This document shows, one piece after another, positions 20,131 to 29,939 of a stretch of DNA of 64,000 nt. The position numbers were made by a program, and so were the translations under genes. Every line of letters begins with the position of its first letter. The stretch's first letter is position 1. Source of the stretch: Bacilli bacterium (lineage in GTDB: Bacteria > Bacillota_I > Bacilli_A > ML615J-28 > CAG-313); the NCBI GenBank assembly GCA_017411715.1, contig JAFQPO010000014.1, positions 174,258 through 238,257 of the forward strand, written 5' to 3'. A model generated the notes under the pieces. It was not told the DNA's origin, did no database searches, and was given only the letters and a program-made list of their open reading frames with translations.

Positions 20131-21927
20131 CTATCCCTCCAATTCCTTTTCTAATTCTTGAAGGTGTACTTCATGTTGATATATTTCACAACTTTCTAGT
20201 AGTTGTTCATGATTACCAATCGCATCAATCATTCCATCATTAACAACAATAATTTTATCTAATGATTCTAATGTTGTTATGCGATGAGCAATAATGATAG
20301 TAGTTTTATTTTCTCTAATTTTTCTAAGTTCAGTTAAAATGTGACGTTCAGTTAAAGTATCAACCGCACTTAATGAGTCATCCATAATTAAAATTGGGGC
20401 ATCTTTAATAAGTGCTCTCGCAATAGATATTCTTTGTTTTTGACCACCTGATACAGTAACACCACGTTCACCAACTATAGTTTGATAACCATCTTTAAAT
20501 TCTTCAATATCTTTACTTATTCCACTAATGTATGCAGCTTTTTGAACTCTTTCATCATCAACTTTTGGAAGAGAAAATGAAATATTTTCATCAATTGTTT
20601 GTTTAAATAAGAAATTTTCTTGTGGAACATAGGCAATAGATGCTCTAACTTGCTCTAAAGAATATCCCATTATATCTTGGCCATCGATTAAAACAGTATT
20701 TTCTTGGACATTATAAAGACGTAACAATAACTCAACAATCGTTGTCTTACCAGACCCTGTTGCGCCCATAATACCAACAAATTCACCTTTTTTAATATTA
20801 AAACTAACATTCTTTAAAACAGGTAATTCTGAATCAGGATAATTAAATGATAAATTATCAAATTTTATATCACCTAAAATAGGATTACTAAATCTAACTA
20901 AATCATTATTAATTTCAACTTCTTCATCTAAAAGTTTCGTAATTCGTTCTTCACTAGCTTTAGATTGGCTACGTAAATTAATTAAATCACCAATTGCCAT
21001 AATAGGCCAAATTAAAGATCCAAAGTAAGCATTGAATTTAGTAAGTTGTCCAACTGTAAAACCATCTACAGCACCAGTTAAACTTGCTTTATAAATTGTA
21101 TAACCACCGATTGCAATAATCGTAATTGTGATAACTGATAATACACTATTAATTACTACCCCAACCATTGCTTGTTCTTTTACAAAGTCAATACAAGTAT
21201 CCATATTTTCACGATTATAGCGTCTAAATAAAAATTGGCGTTTCTTTTCTTTTACATAGGCTTTAATTACATGAATACCAGTATAATTTTCTTGAACAAA
21301 GTCAGATAAGTCCGCAAACGCGTCTAGGTTTCTTCTTACTTTTTTCGAAATTCTCTTTCTCATTAACATTGTAAAGCCAGATACAAAAACAAGGGGAATA
21401 AAGCAAATGATTGTTAATTTAACATCTAATTTAACCATTTGAATAAAAGCAAGCGTTCCAAGCGCTAATGCGTCAAATAGCATCAAAGTCCCACTACCAA
21501 ATGCTTGTCTTATCATATTTAAGTCATTTGTATAAAGAGCCATTAAAGCTCCTGTTTTATTTTCATGAAAATATCTAGTTGATAATTTTTCCATGTGCGC
21601 AAACATTTCATTACGAATATCTGCTTCAATTTTAATACCATTTCCAAAGATACAAATTCTCCATAAAAAACGGCCTACAAACACACACATAGCAACAAAC
21701 AACATCTTAAATGCATACTCCGCTAAAATCTCTGGAGTAAGGGTATGATAGTTGATGCCATCAATAATATTACCAATAATATCAGGAATTTCTAATTGGA
21801 AAAAGTCGACTACAATTAACGATACAATTCCAAGTAAAAACATGAAGCCGTATTTGAAGTAATATTTTGTAAAGTGTTTACCTATAACCATAACAACACC
21901 TTCTTCCTCAAGATAATATTTTATCAT
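20131..21927 (-). CDS. ABC transporter permease/ATP-binding protein (type I exporter, heterodimer partner 1)
   Basis: Walker A GATGSGKTT, signature VSGGQKQR, Walker B LIMDDSLSAVD; adjacent paralogue. Confidence 0.85.
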   Translation of the reverse strand: MIKYYLEEEGVVMVIGKHFTKYYFKYGFMFLLGIVSLIVVDFFQLEIPDIIGNIIDGINYHTLTPEILAEYAFKMLFVAMCVFVGRFLWRICIFGNGIKIEADIRNEMFAHMEKLSTRYFHENKTGALMALYTNDLNMIRQAFGSGTLMLFDALALGTLAFIQMVKLDVKLTIICFIPLVFVSGFTMLMRKRISKKVRRNLDAFADLSDFVQENYTGIHVIKAYVKEKKRQFLFRRYNRENMDTCIDFVKEQAMVGVVINSVLSVITITIIAIGGYTIYKASLTGAVDGFTVGQLTKFNAYFGSLIWPIMAIGDLINLRSQSKASEERITKLLDEEVEINNDLVRFSNPILGDIKFDNLSFNYPDSELPVLKNVSFNIKKGEFVGIMGATGSGKTTIVELLLRLYNVQENTVLIDGQDIMGYSLEQVRASIAYVPQENFLFKQTIDENISFSLPKVDDERVQKAAYISGISKDIEEFKDGYQTIVGERGVTVSGGQKQRISIARALIKDAPILIMDDSLSAVDTLTERHILTELRKIRENKTTIIIAHRITTLESLDKIIVVNDGMIDAIGNHEQLLESCEIYQHEVHLQELEKELEG

Positions 21928-21986
21928 ATTTTGTCAGAAGAAAATAATTTTTGCTTTATTTTATTTTTGTGGGGGAAAGCAGAGTT

Positions 21987-22298
21987 TTAAAAAATCGAAA
22001 ACTCTACTAAAACATTATACATTGACGCAATTTCTGTTAATAAAAGACGATTTTGTTTAGGTAAATAAACAAATCTTTTAACTGGTATCATTAGCAATAA
22101 TTCATCTAAAAAGATTGTTGTTTTATCAAAAATTCCTTCCACAAGATATTTTTGATCAATAATAATATCATACGTTTGATGCTCATTTATTTTACTTTTA
22201 AAACGACATAAATTATTTATTTCCACAAGTTCATCTTTAATTAAACTTTCAAATTTAGTTTTATCCCCAATGATTAAAGTCACTTTTTCACCCCACAC
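21987..22298 (-). CDS. Hypothetical protein (103 aa)
   Basis: ORF only; no recognisable motif. Confidence 0.3.
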   Translation of the reverse strand: MWGEKVTLIIGDKTKFESLIKDELVEINNLCRFKSKINEHQTYDIIIDQKYLVEGIFDKTTIFLDELLLMIPVKRFVYLPKQNRLLLTEIASMYNVLVEFSIF

Positions 22299-22385
22299 TT
22301 TATTTTATGAAAAGATAAAAAAAAGTTCAATTATTTTTAATGAATAAAATATTATGATATAATAGATACGTTTAAAGGAGGCATT

Positions 22386-22901
22386 ATGGAATTATATTAT
22401 GGTTTTAACTTCGGATTTTACATACCTATTATCGCTGCTATTGTAATTGGTATTATCTTATTTATAATGTTTTCAAATAATTCTAAAGACTCTATTAGTC
22501 AACTAGAAAAATTAGCAAATGATCATGCTTATGAACTAATCAAATGTAAAGCTGAGTATCATCATTACGTTTTAAAAACCGCTAATAATACATACTACCT
22601 ATGTTTATTAAATGTTCCTGATTATAGTGAAATCATCATCAATAATAAAAACACTTGGGAATTAAGATACGGTGCTGGTAACACTCCTGGCAAAGCTCAA
22701 CCTAATAAACGTTATTTAAAAGAGATTAAAAACTTTTTAAGTAAACAATATGACGGAACTAAAGTTGTTTTAATTAATCCTAAGCCTAAAAAAGTTGCTA
22801 GATGGCTAAATGAATCAGAAATGAAAATCATTACTAAAGATGAAATCGCCTATGATACATACGCAATTTCAACAAGTGATTTAGAATCTTTTATCAAATA
22901 A
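22386..22901 (+). CDS. Hypothetical membrane-anchored protein (N-terminal TM, 171 aa)
   Basis: GGAGG SD 5 nt upstream; TGaTATAAT extended -10 about 35 nt upstream; terminator immediately after stop. Confidence 0.4.
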   Translation: MELYYGFNFGFYIPIIAAIVIGIILFIMFSNNSKDSISQLEKLANDHAYELIKCKAEYHHYVLKTANNTYYLCLLNVPDYSEIIINNKNTWELRYGAGNTPGKAQPNKRYLKEIKNFLSKQYDGTKVVLINPKPKKVARWLNESEMKIITKDEIAYDTYAISTSDLESFIK

Positions 22902-22928
22902 AGTTCAAAAGAAATTTTGAACTTTTTT
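22902..22928 (+). terminator. Rho-independent terminator after the 171-aa gene
   Basis: agttcaaaa-gaaa-ttttgaact perfect 9-bp stem + T6. Confidence 0.75.
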
Positions 22929-22940
22929 ATTTTATATAAA

Positions 22941-22967
22941 AAGAAAAAATAGGCTATAAAGCCTATT
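22941..22967 (-). terminator. Rho-independent terminator after pmbA/tldD (minus strand)
   Basis: aataggc-tataaa-gcctatt stem overlapping the pmbA stop codon, followed on the minus strand by a U-run (plus-strand A-run 22941-47). Confidence 0.6.
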
Positions 22968-24297
22968 ATTTTCCAGATATTTTTAATCCTTTAACTAATA
23001 CACTTGGTGCAGCAGTACCAATGAAATTGTCATCAATATCATTTCCTAAAGCAATAACATTATTTAATAATTCAAAGAAATTACCAGACATAACAAATAA
23101 TGTTACAGGAGATGCTTTTTTACCATCTTTAATGATAAAGCCAGATGATTGAACATTGAAATCACCAGAAACTGGATTTAAACCAGCATGTAGTCCAGCT
23201 ACATCAGTAATATATAAACCATCGCCAGCTTTTTCAAATAATTGTTCTAATGTATTTTCTCCTGGTGCTAAGTAAAAGTTTGTAGTACTTACTTTTACTG
23301 CAGCTGATACACCTGGTTTAAAACCATGACCAGTTGATTTAGTTTTAAAGAAATCTGCAGTTGCTTGGTTATGTAATAAACCAGTGAATACCCCATTTTC
23401 AACAACTTTTCTTGTTGCGCATGGAACACCTTCATCATCAAACGGAATTTTGATAACAGCAGTTTCACAGAATGGGTCATCAACGATTGTAATATTTTCA
23501 CCAAATACTTTTGTATTTTCTTTATCTTTTAAAATTGTTAGATTTTTCATAGCTGCATCGCCAGAGAAAACACTAGAGAATGCAGATAAGATATCAGTCA
23601 TAACAGATTCTTTTAATACGATATCATAGCTACCTGTAGTAACGCTACCAGCGCCAAGTTTAGCTAATGCTTCATCAGTACATTTATCAACAATTTTATT
23701 TAGATCAAATTTATTTAAATCAAATTGTACATCACCATAGAATCCCATAGTTGATTGGCCATTTTCAGCCGCAACAGCTCCTAAAATAACAGTAATGTAT
23801 GAATAAGTACTATCTAAATTTAACCCTTTAGAGTTAATAATTTTTGTATTTGATTTAGTTTCTAAATATTGGCAATAACCAACATTTACAATACGTGGAT
23901 CTTTAGCGTATGCATTAGATTCAAGTTGTTTTAAAAGGTTAACTTTTTCAATAGTTTTGAATTCTTCCGCATTTGATAATTGAGGGGCAATTTCTTTATA
24001 ATCACCACTTCCATCATAAATGAATTCTTTTTCAGTAGCTGTTAACATTTTAGCATTTTCTAAAACTTTATTTAAAGCAAATTCAATTGCTTCTTCGTCA
24101 AAAGATTCAGTTAAAGCATAACCCATTTTACCATCATGTAAACCACGAATTGACATTGAAGTAAGATTAGTTGAAGTACTTTCTTCTAAATTCCCACGGA
24201 ATAATTTAATTACAGAACCTTCTTTTGTTTTAACATATAATTCAATTTCTTCAAGGCCTAATTCTAAGCCACGCTTAATAATATCATTATAATTCAT
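22966..24297 (-). CDS. pmbA: Metalloprotease PmbA/TldE family
   Basis: TldE-like PmbA_TldD fold; paired and overlapping with tldD. Confidence 0.75.
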   Translation of the reverse strand: MNYNDIIKRGLELGLEEIELYVKTKEGSVIKLFRGNLEESTSTNLTSMSIRGLHDGKMGYALTESFDEEAIEFALNKVLENAKMLTATEKEFIYDGSGDYKEIAPQLSNAEEFKTIEKVNLLKQLESNAYAKDPRIVNVGYCQYLETKSNTKIINSKGLNLDSTYSYITVILGAVAAENGQSTMGFYGDVQFDLNKFDLNKIVDKCTDEALAKLGAGSVTTGSYDIVLKESVMTDILSAFSSVFSGDAAMKNLTILKDKENTKVFGENITIVDDPFCETAVIKIPFDDEGVPCATRKVVENGVFTGLLHNQATADFFKTKSTGHGFKPGVSAAVKVSTTNFYLAPGENTLEQLFEKAGDGLYITDVAGLHAGLNPVSGDFNVQSSGFIIKDGKKASPVTLFVMSGNFFELLNNVIALGNDIDDNFIGTAAPSVLVKGLKISGK

Positions 24298-25691
24298 TAT
24301 TTAGTCCCCTTTCCACCAACTGTCATATGAGATACCCTAATAGTTGGTTGACCTACAATTGTTGGAATAGATCCACTTTGACTACCACACATACCAAAAC
24401 CAAAGTCAAGGTTATCAGCAATCATGTCAATGCGAAGTAATACATCTTTACCAGAGCCAACTAATGTTGCACCTTTAACTGGACGAGTAATTTTACCATC
24501 TTCAATTAAATAGCCTTCATTAACCGCAAAGTTAAATTCACCAGTTGCAGGTTGAACACTTCCTCCACCTAGTTTTGAAGCAAATAAGCCATATTTTGTA
24601 TTAGCGATTATTTCCTCTAAAGTATTAGTTCCAGGTAAGAAATATGTGTTAGTCATACGTGAAGTTGGTAATAGTTTATAATTTTGTCGACGACTTGATG
24701 AAGTAATCGGATGATTCATTATTTTACTATTACGTTTATCAACTAAATATGATTTTAAAATACCATTTTCAATTAAAACATTACGTCTTGTTGGAGTACC
24801 TTCATCATCAACGTTCATTGATCCCCAGGCACCTTCATCGATACCTGTATCAACAGCATTAACGATATCACTAGCTACTTTAGTCCCTAGTTTACCACAG
24901 AATACACTCATTCCTTTAGCAACTGAAGTTGCTTCTAATGAATGAACACAAGCTTCATGAAGAATAACTCCACCAAATCCATTATGGATTACAACAGGGA
25001 TTTCTCCACCAACCATTTCTTCGGCATGTAGAGTTCTAACAGCAGTAGCAGCAGTTTCTTGTCCCATTTTATATGCATCAAAACCATCATACATATCCAT
25101 AGCCATACTCTTACCATAACTATTTGAACTACTTTCCATATTTACACCATCGCTAGCAGCAACGTTAACGCTTAAACGATTGTGAATACGATGGTCAGTA
25201 GCAAATGTACCATCAGATGCATAAACTTTTATATGTTGGTTGTCACGAACTAAGTTAGAAACGACTTGAACAACTTCTTTTGAATAGTCAAATGCACCTT
25301 TTGTTGCATCTTCCATTAATTTTAATCCACTTTCCCAAATACGTTCTTCGTTAATTTTAACAACTTTTTCGTTTGTATTATCAGTAAATTCTTTTACAAA
25401 TAAAACTTGTTCCCCTTCAAAGTTACTAGCAACTTTTTTAGCAAGATTTAAAAGAACTTCAAAGTTTAAGTTATTTGTATTTGCACTTGCAGTTGTAGCA
25501 CCTTTAGTAATTCTAATTGAAGCGCCTCGTTCAATTGATGTAGACACATTGTTAACTTTACCTTTAGTCATTTGTTGATGATCATGAGTCGTATCTTCCA
25601 TGAAGATTTCGGCAAAATCAGCACCAGTTGAAAGTGCAGCATTTAAAATTTGTAAAGCTTCATTTTCATTAATTACATTAATTTTACTCAT
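24297..25691 (-). CDS. tldD: Metalloprotease TldD
   Basis: HExxxH motif (LHEACVHSLE) and GxC motif typical of TldD. Confidence 0.8.
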   Translation of the reverse strand: MSKINVINENEALQILNAALSTGADFAEIFMEDTTHDHQQMTKGKVNNVSTSIERGASIRITKGATTASANTNNLNFEVLLNLAKKVASNFEGEQVLFVKEFTDNTNEKVVKINEERIWESGLKLMEDATKGAFDYSKEVVQVVSNLVRDNQHIKVYASDGTFATDHRIHNRLSVNVAASDGVNMESSSNSYGKSMAMDMYDGFDAYKMGQETAATAVRTLHAEEMVGGEIPVVIHNGFGGVILHEACVHSLEATSVAKGMSVFCGKLGTKVASDIVNAVDTGIDEGAWGSMNVDDEGTPTRRNVLIENGILKSYLVDKRNSKIMNHPITSSSRRQNYKLLPTSRMTNTYFLPGTNTLEEIIANTKYGLFASKLGGGSVQPATGEFNFAVNEGYLIEDGKITRPVKGATLVGSGKDVLLRIDMIADNLDFGFGMCGSQSGSIPTIVGQPTIRVSHMTVGGKGTK

Positions 25692-25738
25692 ACTTTTCCC
25701 TCCTTATACGATAAAACCCGGCAAGCCGGGTATCAATT

Positions 25739-27187
25739 TTATTCAATAGATTCATTTGAATCGTTTGAATCAGTAGTTGTTTTAGATAAATCATCATTTT
25801 CTAACTCTTCATCAGTTAAATCGCGTAATGATAATTTAACCTTTGTTATACGACGTTCTACAACTTCTAAAATTGTAAAAGTCATTAATACTTTGACTTC
25901 TGATAATAATTCATCAGCGCCAGTACGATAAACAGATGTAACGTAGGTAAATGTTTCATCTTCAGCTGGAACTTCTTCAGCTAAGCCATAAACAAATCCT
26001 CCAACATTAGTATAAGCAGATTCAGGCTCTTTACCTAATTCTAATGTTTCAAATAATTCATCAAGTGGAACTTCTGCTAATATTTCGTATTCATCATCAG
26101 CTAGTTTCACAATGTCTTCTGGAATTACTTCGTCATCATGTTCATCATAAATTTCTCCAACCAATTCTTCTAAAGCATCTTCCATTGTAACAATACCACT
26201 TGTTCCACCATATTCATCAGAAACAATTGCGATATGTTTTTTCTCAGATTGCATTTTACGAATTAAGTCATCAACTTTCATCGCTTTAGAAACAAACAAT
26301 GGTTCAGAAATTAAATTCTCTAAGACAATATTTTCACCTTTTAATAACGCAGTAAAGAAATCGCGTTCACTAAGAATACCAATAATATGGTCTTTATCTT
26401 CTTTATAAACAGGAAGTCTTGAAAACTGATTAACAAAGAATAATTCTTTAATTTCTTCAACACTCATATCATCAGCCACTGCGACAACATCGACTCTTGG
26501 AATCATTATATCATGAACAATACGTTCACCAATTTCAAGGACACTTTGAATTAAGTCTGCATCATCACTATCGATAACGCCTTCTTCTTCCATAGTATCA
26601 ATAATAGTTTCCAGTTCTGATTCAGTTACAGTTGGTTGAGTATCATGTTTTTTCTTATGATAGAATATTTTCTTAATTCCCATAAAAACATATACAAAAG
26701 GAGTTAATAATTTGATAGTCACAAATAAAGGGCCTGCAAGTTTTAAAGCTACGCCTTCTGCATTTTCTTTACCAATGCTTTTTGGTATAATTTCACCAAA
26801 AATTAGAATTAAGAACGTCATTCCAAACGTATTAATTACAAAACTAATTGTAGGATTAGCAATAAAATTAGCAATTAAATAACCAACTATTACAGTTGAT
26901 GCAATATTAACAACGTTATTACCAACAAGGATAGTTGTTAATGTGCGATCAAAATGTTCTGCAATCCACAAAGCAAGTTTTGCGCCTCGACGTTTTTCTT
27001 CCGCATAGCTTTTCAATCTCATAATATTTACAGATGAATAAGCAATTTCACTACATGAGAAAAATGCCGAAATAAGTAATAAAATAACGATTGCGGCAGT
27101 TAATAAACCTACCACAGTACTGGTCATTTCAAATAGACCATACAGCAACGGAACTTCTAAGTCCGAAAAATACCTGAGCGAACTCAA
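25739..27187 (-). CDS. CNNM/CorC-HlyC family transporter (DUF21 + CBS pair + CorC_HlyC)
   Basis: N-terminal DUF21 TM domain, tandem CBS, C-terminal transporter-associated domain; TTG start with a strong AAAGGTGGTG SD. Confidence 0.8.
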   Translation of the reverse strand: MSSLRYFSDLEVPLLYGLFEMTSTVVGLLTAAIVILLLISAFFSCSEIAYSSVNIMRLKSYAEEKRRGAKLALWIAEHFDRTLTTILVGNNVVNIASTVIVGYLIANFIANPTISFVINTFGMTFLILIFGEIIPKSIGKENAEGVALKLAGPLFVTIKLLTPFVYVFMGIKKIFYHKKKHDTQPTVTESELETIIDTMEEEGVIDSDDADLIQSVLEIGERIVHDIMIPRVDVVAVADDMSVEEIKELFFVNQFSRLPVYKEDKDHIIGILSERDFFTALLKGENIVLENLISEPLFVSKAMKVDDLIRKMQSEKKHIAIVSDEYGGTSGIVTMEDALEELVGEIYDEHDDEVIPEDIVKLADDEYEILAEVPLDELFETLELGKEPESAYTNVGGFVYGLAEEVPAEDETFTYVTSVYRTGADELLSEVKVLMTFTILEVVERRITKVKLSLRDLTDEELENDDLSKTTTDSNDSNESIE

Positions 27188-27280
27188 GGCAACAACACCA
27201 CCTTTTTTATTGAAATATGTAATATTATACCATAAAACTTTCTATTTGTCAAAAATAATGAAAAAGCCACTATTACACAT

Positions 27281-27312
27281 AAAAAAAGACAGTAATTTAA
27301 ATAGTTACTGTC
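27281..27312 (-). terminator. Rho-independent terminator after the 79-aa gene
   Basis: gacagtaa ... ttactgtc stem; plus-strand A7 upstream gives a U-run on the minus strand. Confidence 0.65.
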
Positions 27313-27320
27313 AAAAAAAT

Positions 27321-27560
27321 TTATTTTATAATATCAAATATATTATCTGTTACACCATTTTTTAGTACTTCTTTAACAACTTTATCTTCAAGTGCTGGAT
27401 CAACTGGTTTATTAGCTAAAGCTGATACTTCTTTAATAACACTTCTGATATTTGCTTCTTTATTTAAATCTAGTTTTTGTACTTTTTCAACTAAAGCAAA
27501 TAATGCCTCTGGTTGAATATCATTTTCCGAAATAAAATTAAGTACTTTATTCATATTCAT
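27321..27560 (-). CDS. Small sporulation-type protein, SpoVIF-like (79 aa)
   Basis: TVRSVIKEVSALANKPV...LEDKVV pattern recalled from SpoVIF (YjcC) family; weak, from memory only. Confidence 0.35.
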   Translation of the reverse strand: MNMNKVLNFISENDIQPEALFALVEKVQKLDLNKEANIRSVIKEVSALANKPVDPALEDKVVKEVLKNGVTDNIFDIIK

Positions 27561-27607
27561 ATAAAAACACCTCTTACATAATCATATGCAAAAGATGTTT
27601 TTATATG

Positions 27608-28612
27608 TTAATTAAATTCGTCTTTTAAAGTTCTTCCCATCATTGCTTCTACAGCTTTTTCAACAGGAGTTTTTTCATAGATTACACTATATACCGCATC
27701 AATTAAAGGTACCCTAATATCTAATCGATGGGCTTCTATATAAGCAGAAAGCGCTGTTCTTGCGCCTTCAACTACCATTGGAATTGAAGAAATAGCCTCT
27801 TCAAGATCTTTACCAGCTGCAAGTTTTAACCCAGCTTGAAAGTTTCTTGAGTGATGTGAGGTTGTAGTAACAACTAAATCACCAAGTCCTGTTAAACCAT
27901 TTAAAGTTTCATCAGATGCGCCTTTAGCAATAGCAAGACGTTTCATTTCAACAAGAGCTCTTGATATTAGTGCTGCTTTAGCATTATCACCATAACCTAA
28001 CCCTTCAATCATCCCTGCAGCTACTGCGTAAATATTTTTTAACGCGCCACCTAATTCAGCACCTCTCAAATCAGTTAAAGTATATACTCTAAAGTATGAT
28101 TGATTACTAAATAGAGATTGAATAAATTTAGCATGTTCAATATTCTCACTAGCACTAGTGATTAAAGTTGGTAATCTAAGAATTACTTCTTCAGCATGTG
28201 ATGGACCGGTTAAGGCTACAAAGCCTTTTAAATATCCATCTTTAATTTCTTCTTTAGCAATTTCACTAACTAATTTAAATGTATCTGGTTCTATCCCTTT
28301 ACTTGTATTTATTAAAATAATTGGCTTGGATAAATACTCATTAAGTGATTTTAAAGTTACTCGCATAACCTTAGTAGGAACACTAACTAACATTATGTCA
28401 GAAAAATCACAAAGTTCTTTTAAATTAGTAGTTGCGACTAAACTTTCAGGAAGTAAAATATTAGGAAGTTTAGTATTATTTGTATGTAGTGTATTAATTT
28501 CATTGACTACTTGTTGATCAATATCATAAATTAAGACATTATGTTGATTATCTAATAAGACTTGTGCAAGAGCTGTTCCCCAACTACCAGCACCAATTAT
28601 CGAAATATTCAT
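27608..28612 (-). CDS. gpsA: NAD(P)H-dependent glycerol-3-phosphate dehydrogenase GpsA
   Basis: Rossmann IIGAGSWGTALA N-terminus; der-gpsA synteny. Confidence 0.9.
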   Translation of the reverse strand: MNISIIGAGSWGTALAQVLLDNQHNVLIYDIDQQVVNEINTLHTNNTKLPNILLPESLVATTNLKELCDFSDIMLVSVPTKVMRVTLKSLNEYLSKPIILINTSKGIEPDTFKLVSEIAKEEIKDGYLKGFVALTGPSHAEEVILRLPTLITSASENIEHAKFIQSLFSNQSYFRVYTLTDLRGAELGGALKNIYAVAAGMIEGLGYGDNAKAALISRALVEMKRLAIAKGASDETLNGLTGLGDLVVTTTSHHSRNFQAGLKLAAGKDLEEAISSIPMVVEGARTALSAYIEAHRLDIRVPLIDAVYSVIYEKTPVEKAVEAMMGRTLKDEFN

Positions 28613-29922
28613 TATTCATCTTTCTTTCTTAATATAATTTTTAATGGAGCTCCTTCAAACATAAAAGCTTCACGTAATTTATTTTCTAAATAGCGTAAAT
28701 ATGAAAAATGCATGTAATTTGGATCATTAACAAATAAAACAAAAGTTGGTGGAGCAGTACTAACTTGTGATGCATAATAAACTTTTAAACGATCACCATT
28801 AAAGATTGGCGCTTGATTTAAAACAGTCGCATCAAATATTACATTATTTAATACATTAGTTGGTACACGTCGGTTGTAGTTTTCATAAACAGTATCAATT
28901 GTTTGAAATAATTGATTTAAACGAGATTTATTTAGAGCTGAAACAAAGCAAATTGGGGCGTATGATAAATACAAGAATTGATTACGAATTTTTTCTGTAT
29001 ATTTATTCATTGATTTATCATCTTTAGTTACTAAGTCCCATTTATTAACAACAATGATTGATCCACGATTAGCTTCTAATGGGTATCCCGCAATTCTTCT
29101 ATCTTGTTCTTCAACTTCTTTAGAACCATCTAGTAAGATTAAAGCAATTTCTGCTCTTTCAATAGCTTTCATAGCACGTAAAACGCTGTACTTTTCCGCA
29201 TTTTCGTAAATTTTACCTTGTTTTCTAATTCCGGCTGTATCAATTACGACATAGTTTTTACCATCTCTAACAAATGGGGTATCAATCGCATCACGTGTTG
29301 TCCCAGGAACATCACTAACAATGACACGTTCAAACCCTAAGATAGCATTTGTTAAAGAACTTTTACCAACGTTAGGTTGTCCAATTAGGGCAAACGATGC
29401 TACATCATCGTAACTCTTTTGTTTTTTAAGTGGTAATATTTTAATGATTTCATCTAACATATCACCTATTCCAATACCATGTAGGGCAGAAACAGCAAAA
29501 ACTGATTCAACACCTAGATTATAAAATTCATAAACATTATCAATGAATTTTATATCATCAATTTTATTTGCGGCAACAATTATCGGTTTATTGCTTCGGT
29601 GTAGAATATTAACAACATCTTGATCTTGAGTTGTAATTCCACAGCGACCATCCACAACTAAAACTATTACATCAGCTTCATCTACCGCAAGCATAGCTTG
29701 AGCTCTTATTTCTTCCATAAATGGTACATTCTTTAGTTCAATTCCACCAGTATCAATGACACTAAATGTTTGATCTAACCATTCACATTTACCATATAAA
29801 CGGTCCCTAGTGATTCCACTAGCATCATCGGTAATAGCCGCATTGTTTGCAACTAGTCTATTAAAGATACTAGATTTACCTACGTTAGGACGGCCGACAA
29901 TAGCAACTATTCCTCTTTCCAT
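28612..29922 (-). CDS. der: Ribosome-associated GTPase Der (EngA), tandem GTPase domains
   Basis: Two G-domains (GRPNVGKSS and GQPNVGKSS) + KH-like C-terminus. Confidence 0.9.
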   Translation of the reverse strand: MERGIVAIVGRPNVGKSSIFNRLVANNAAITDDASGITRDRLYGKCEWLDQTFSVIDTGGIELKNVPFMEEIRAQAMLAVDEADVIVLVVDGRCGITTQDQDVVNILHRSNKPIIVAANKIDDIKFIDNVYEFYNLGVESVFAVSALHGIGIGDMLDEIIKILPLKKQKSYDDVASFALIGQPNVGKSSLTNAILGFERVIVSDVPGTTRDAIDTPFVRDGKNYVVIDTAGIRKQGKIYENAEKYSVLRAMKAIERAEIALILLDGSKEVEEQDRRIAGYPLEANRGSIIVVNKWDLVTKDDKSMNKYTEKIRNQFLYLSYAPICFVSALNKSRLNQLFQTIDTVYENYNRRVPTNVLNNVIFDATVLNQAPIFNGDRLKVYYASQVSTAPPTFVLFVNDPNYMHFSYLRYLENKLREAFMFEGAPLKIILRKKDE

Positions 29923-29939
29923 ATTTTTACTCCAATTAA

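Noticed and set aside
27188-27320. Possible small ORF or ncRNA between the CorC-like gene and the 79-aa gene
   Set aside because: The region is accounted for by a terminator hairpin (27281-27312) plus the SD and TTG start region of the CorC-like gene. No additional ORF with an SD was seen.
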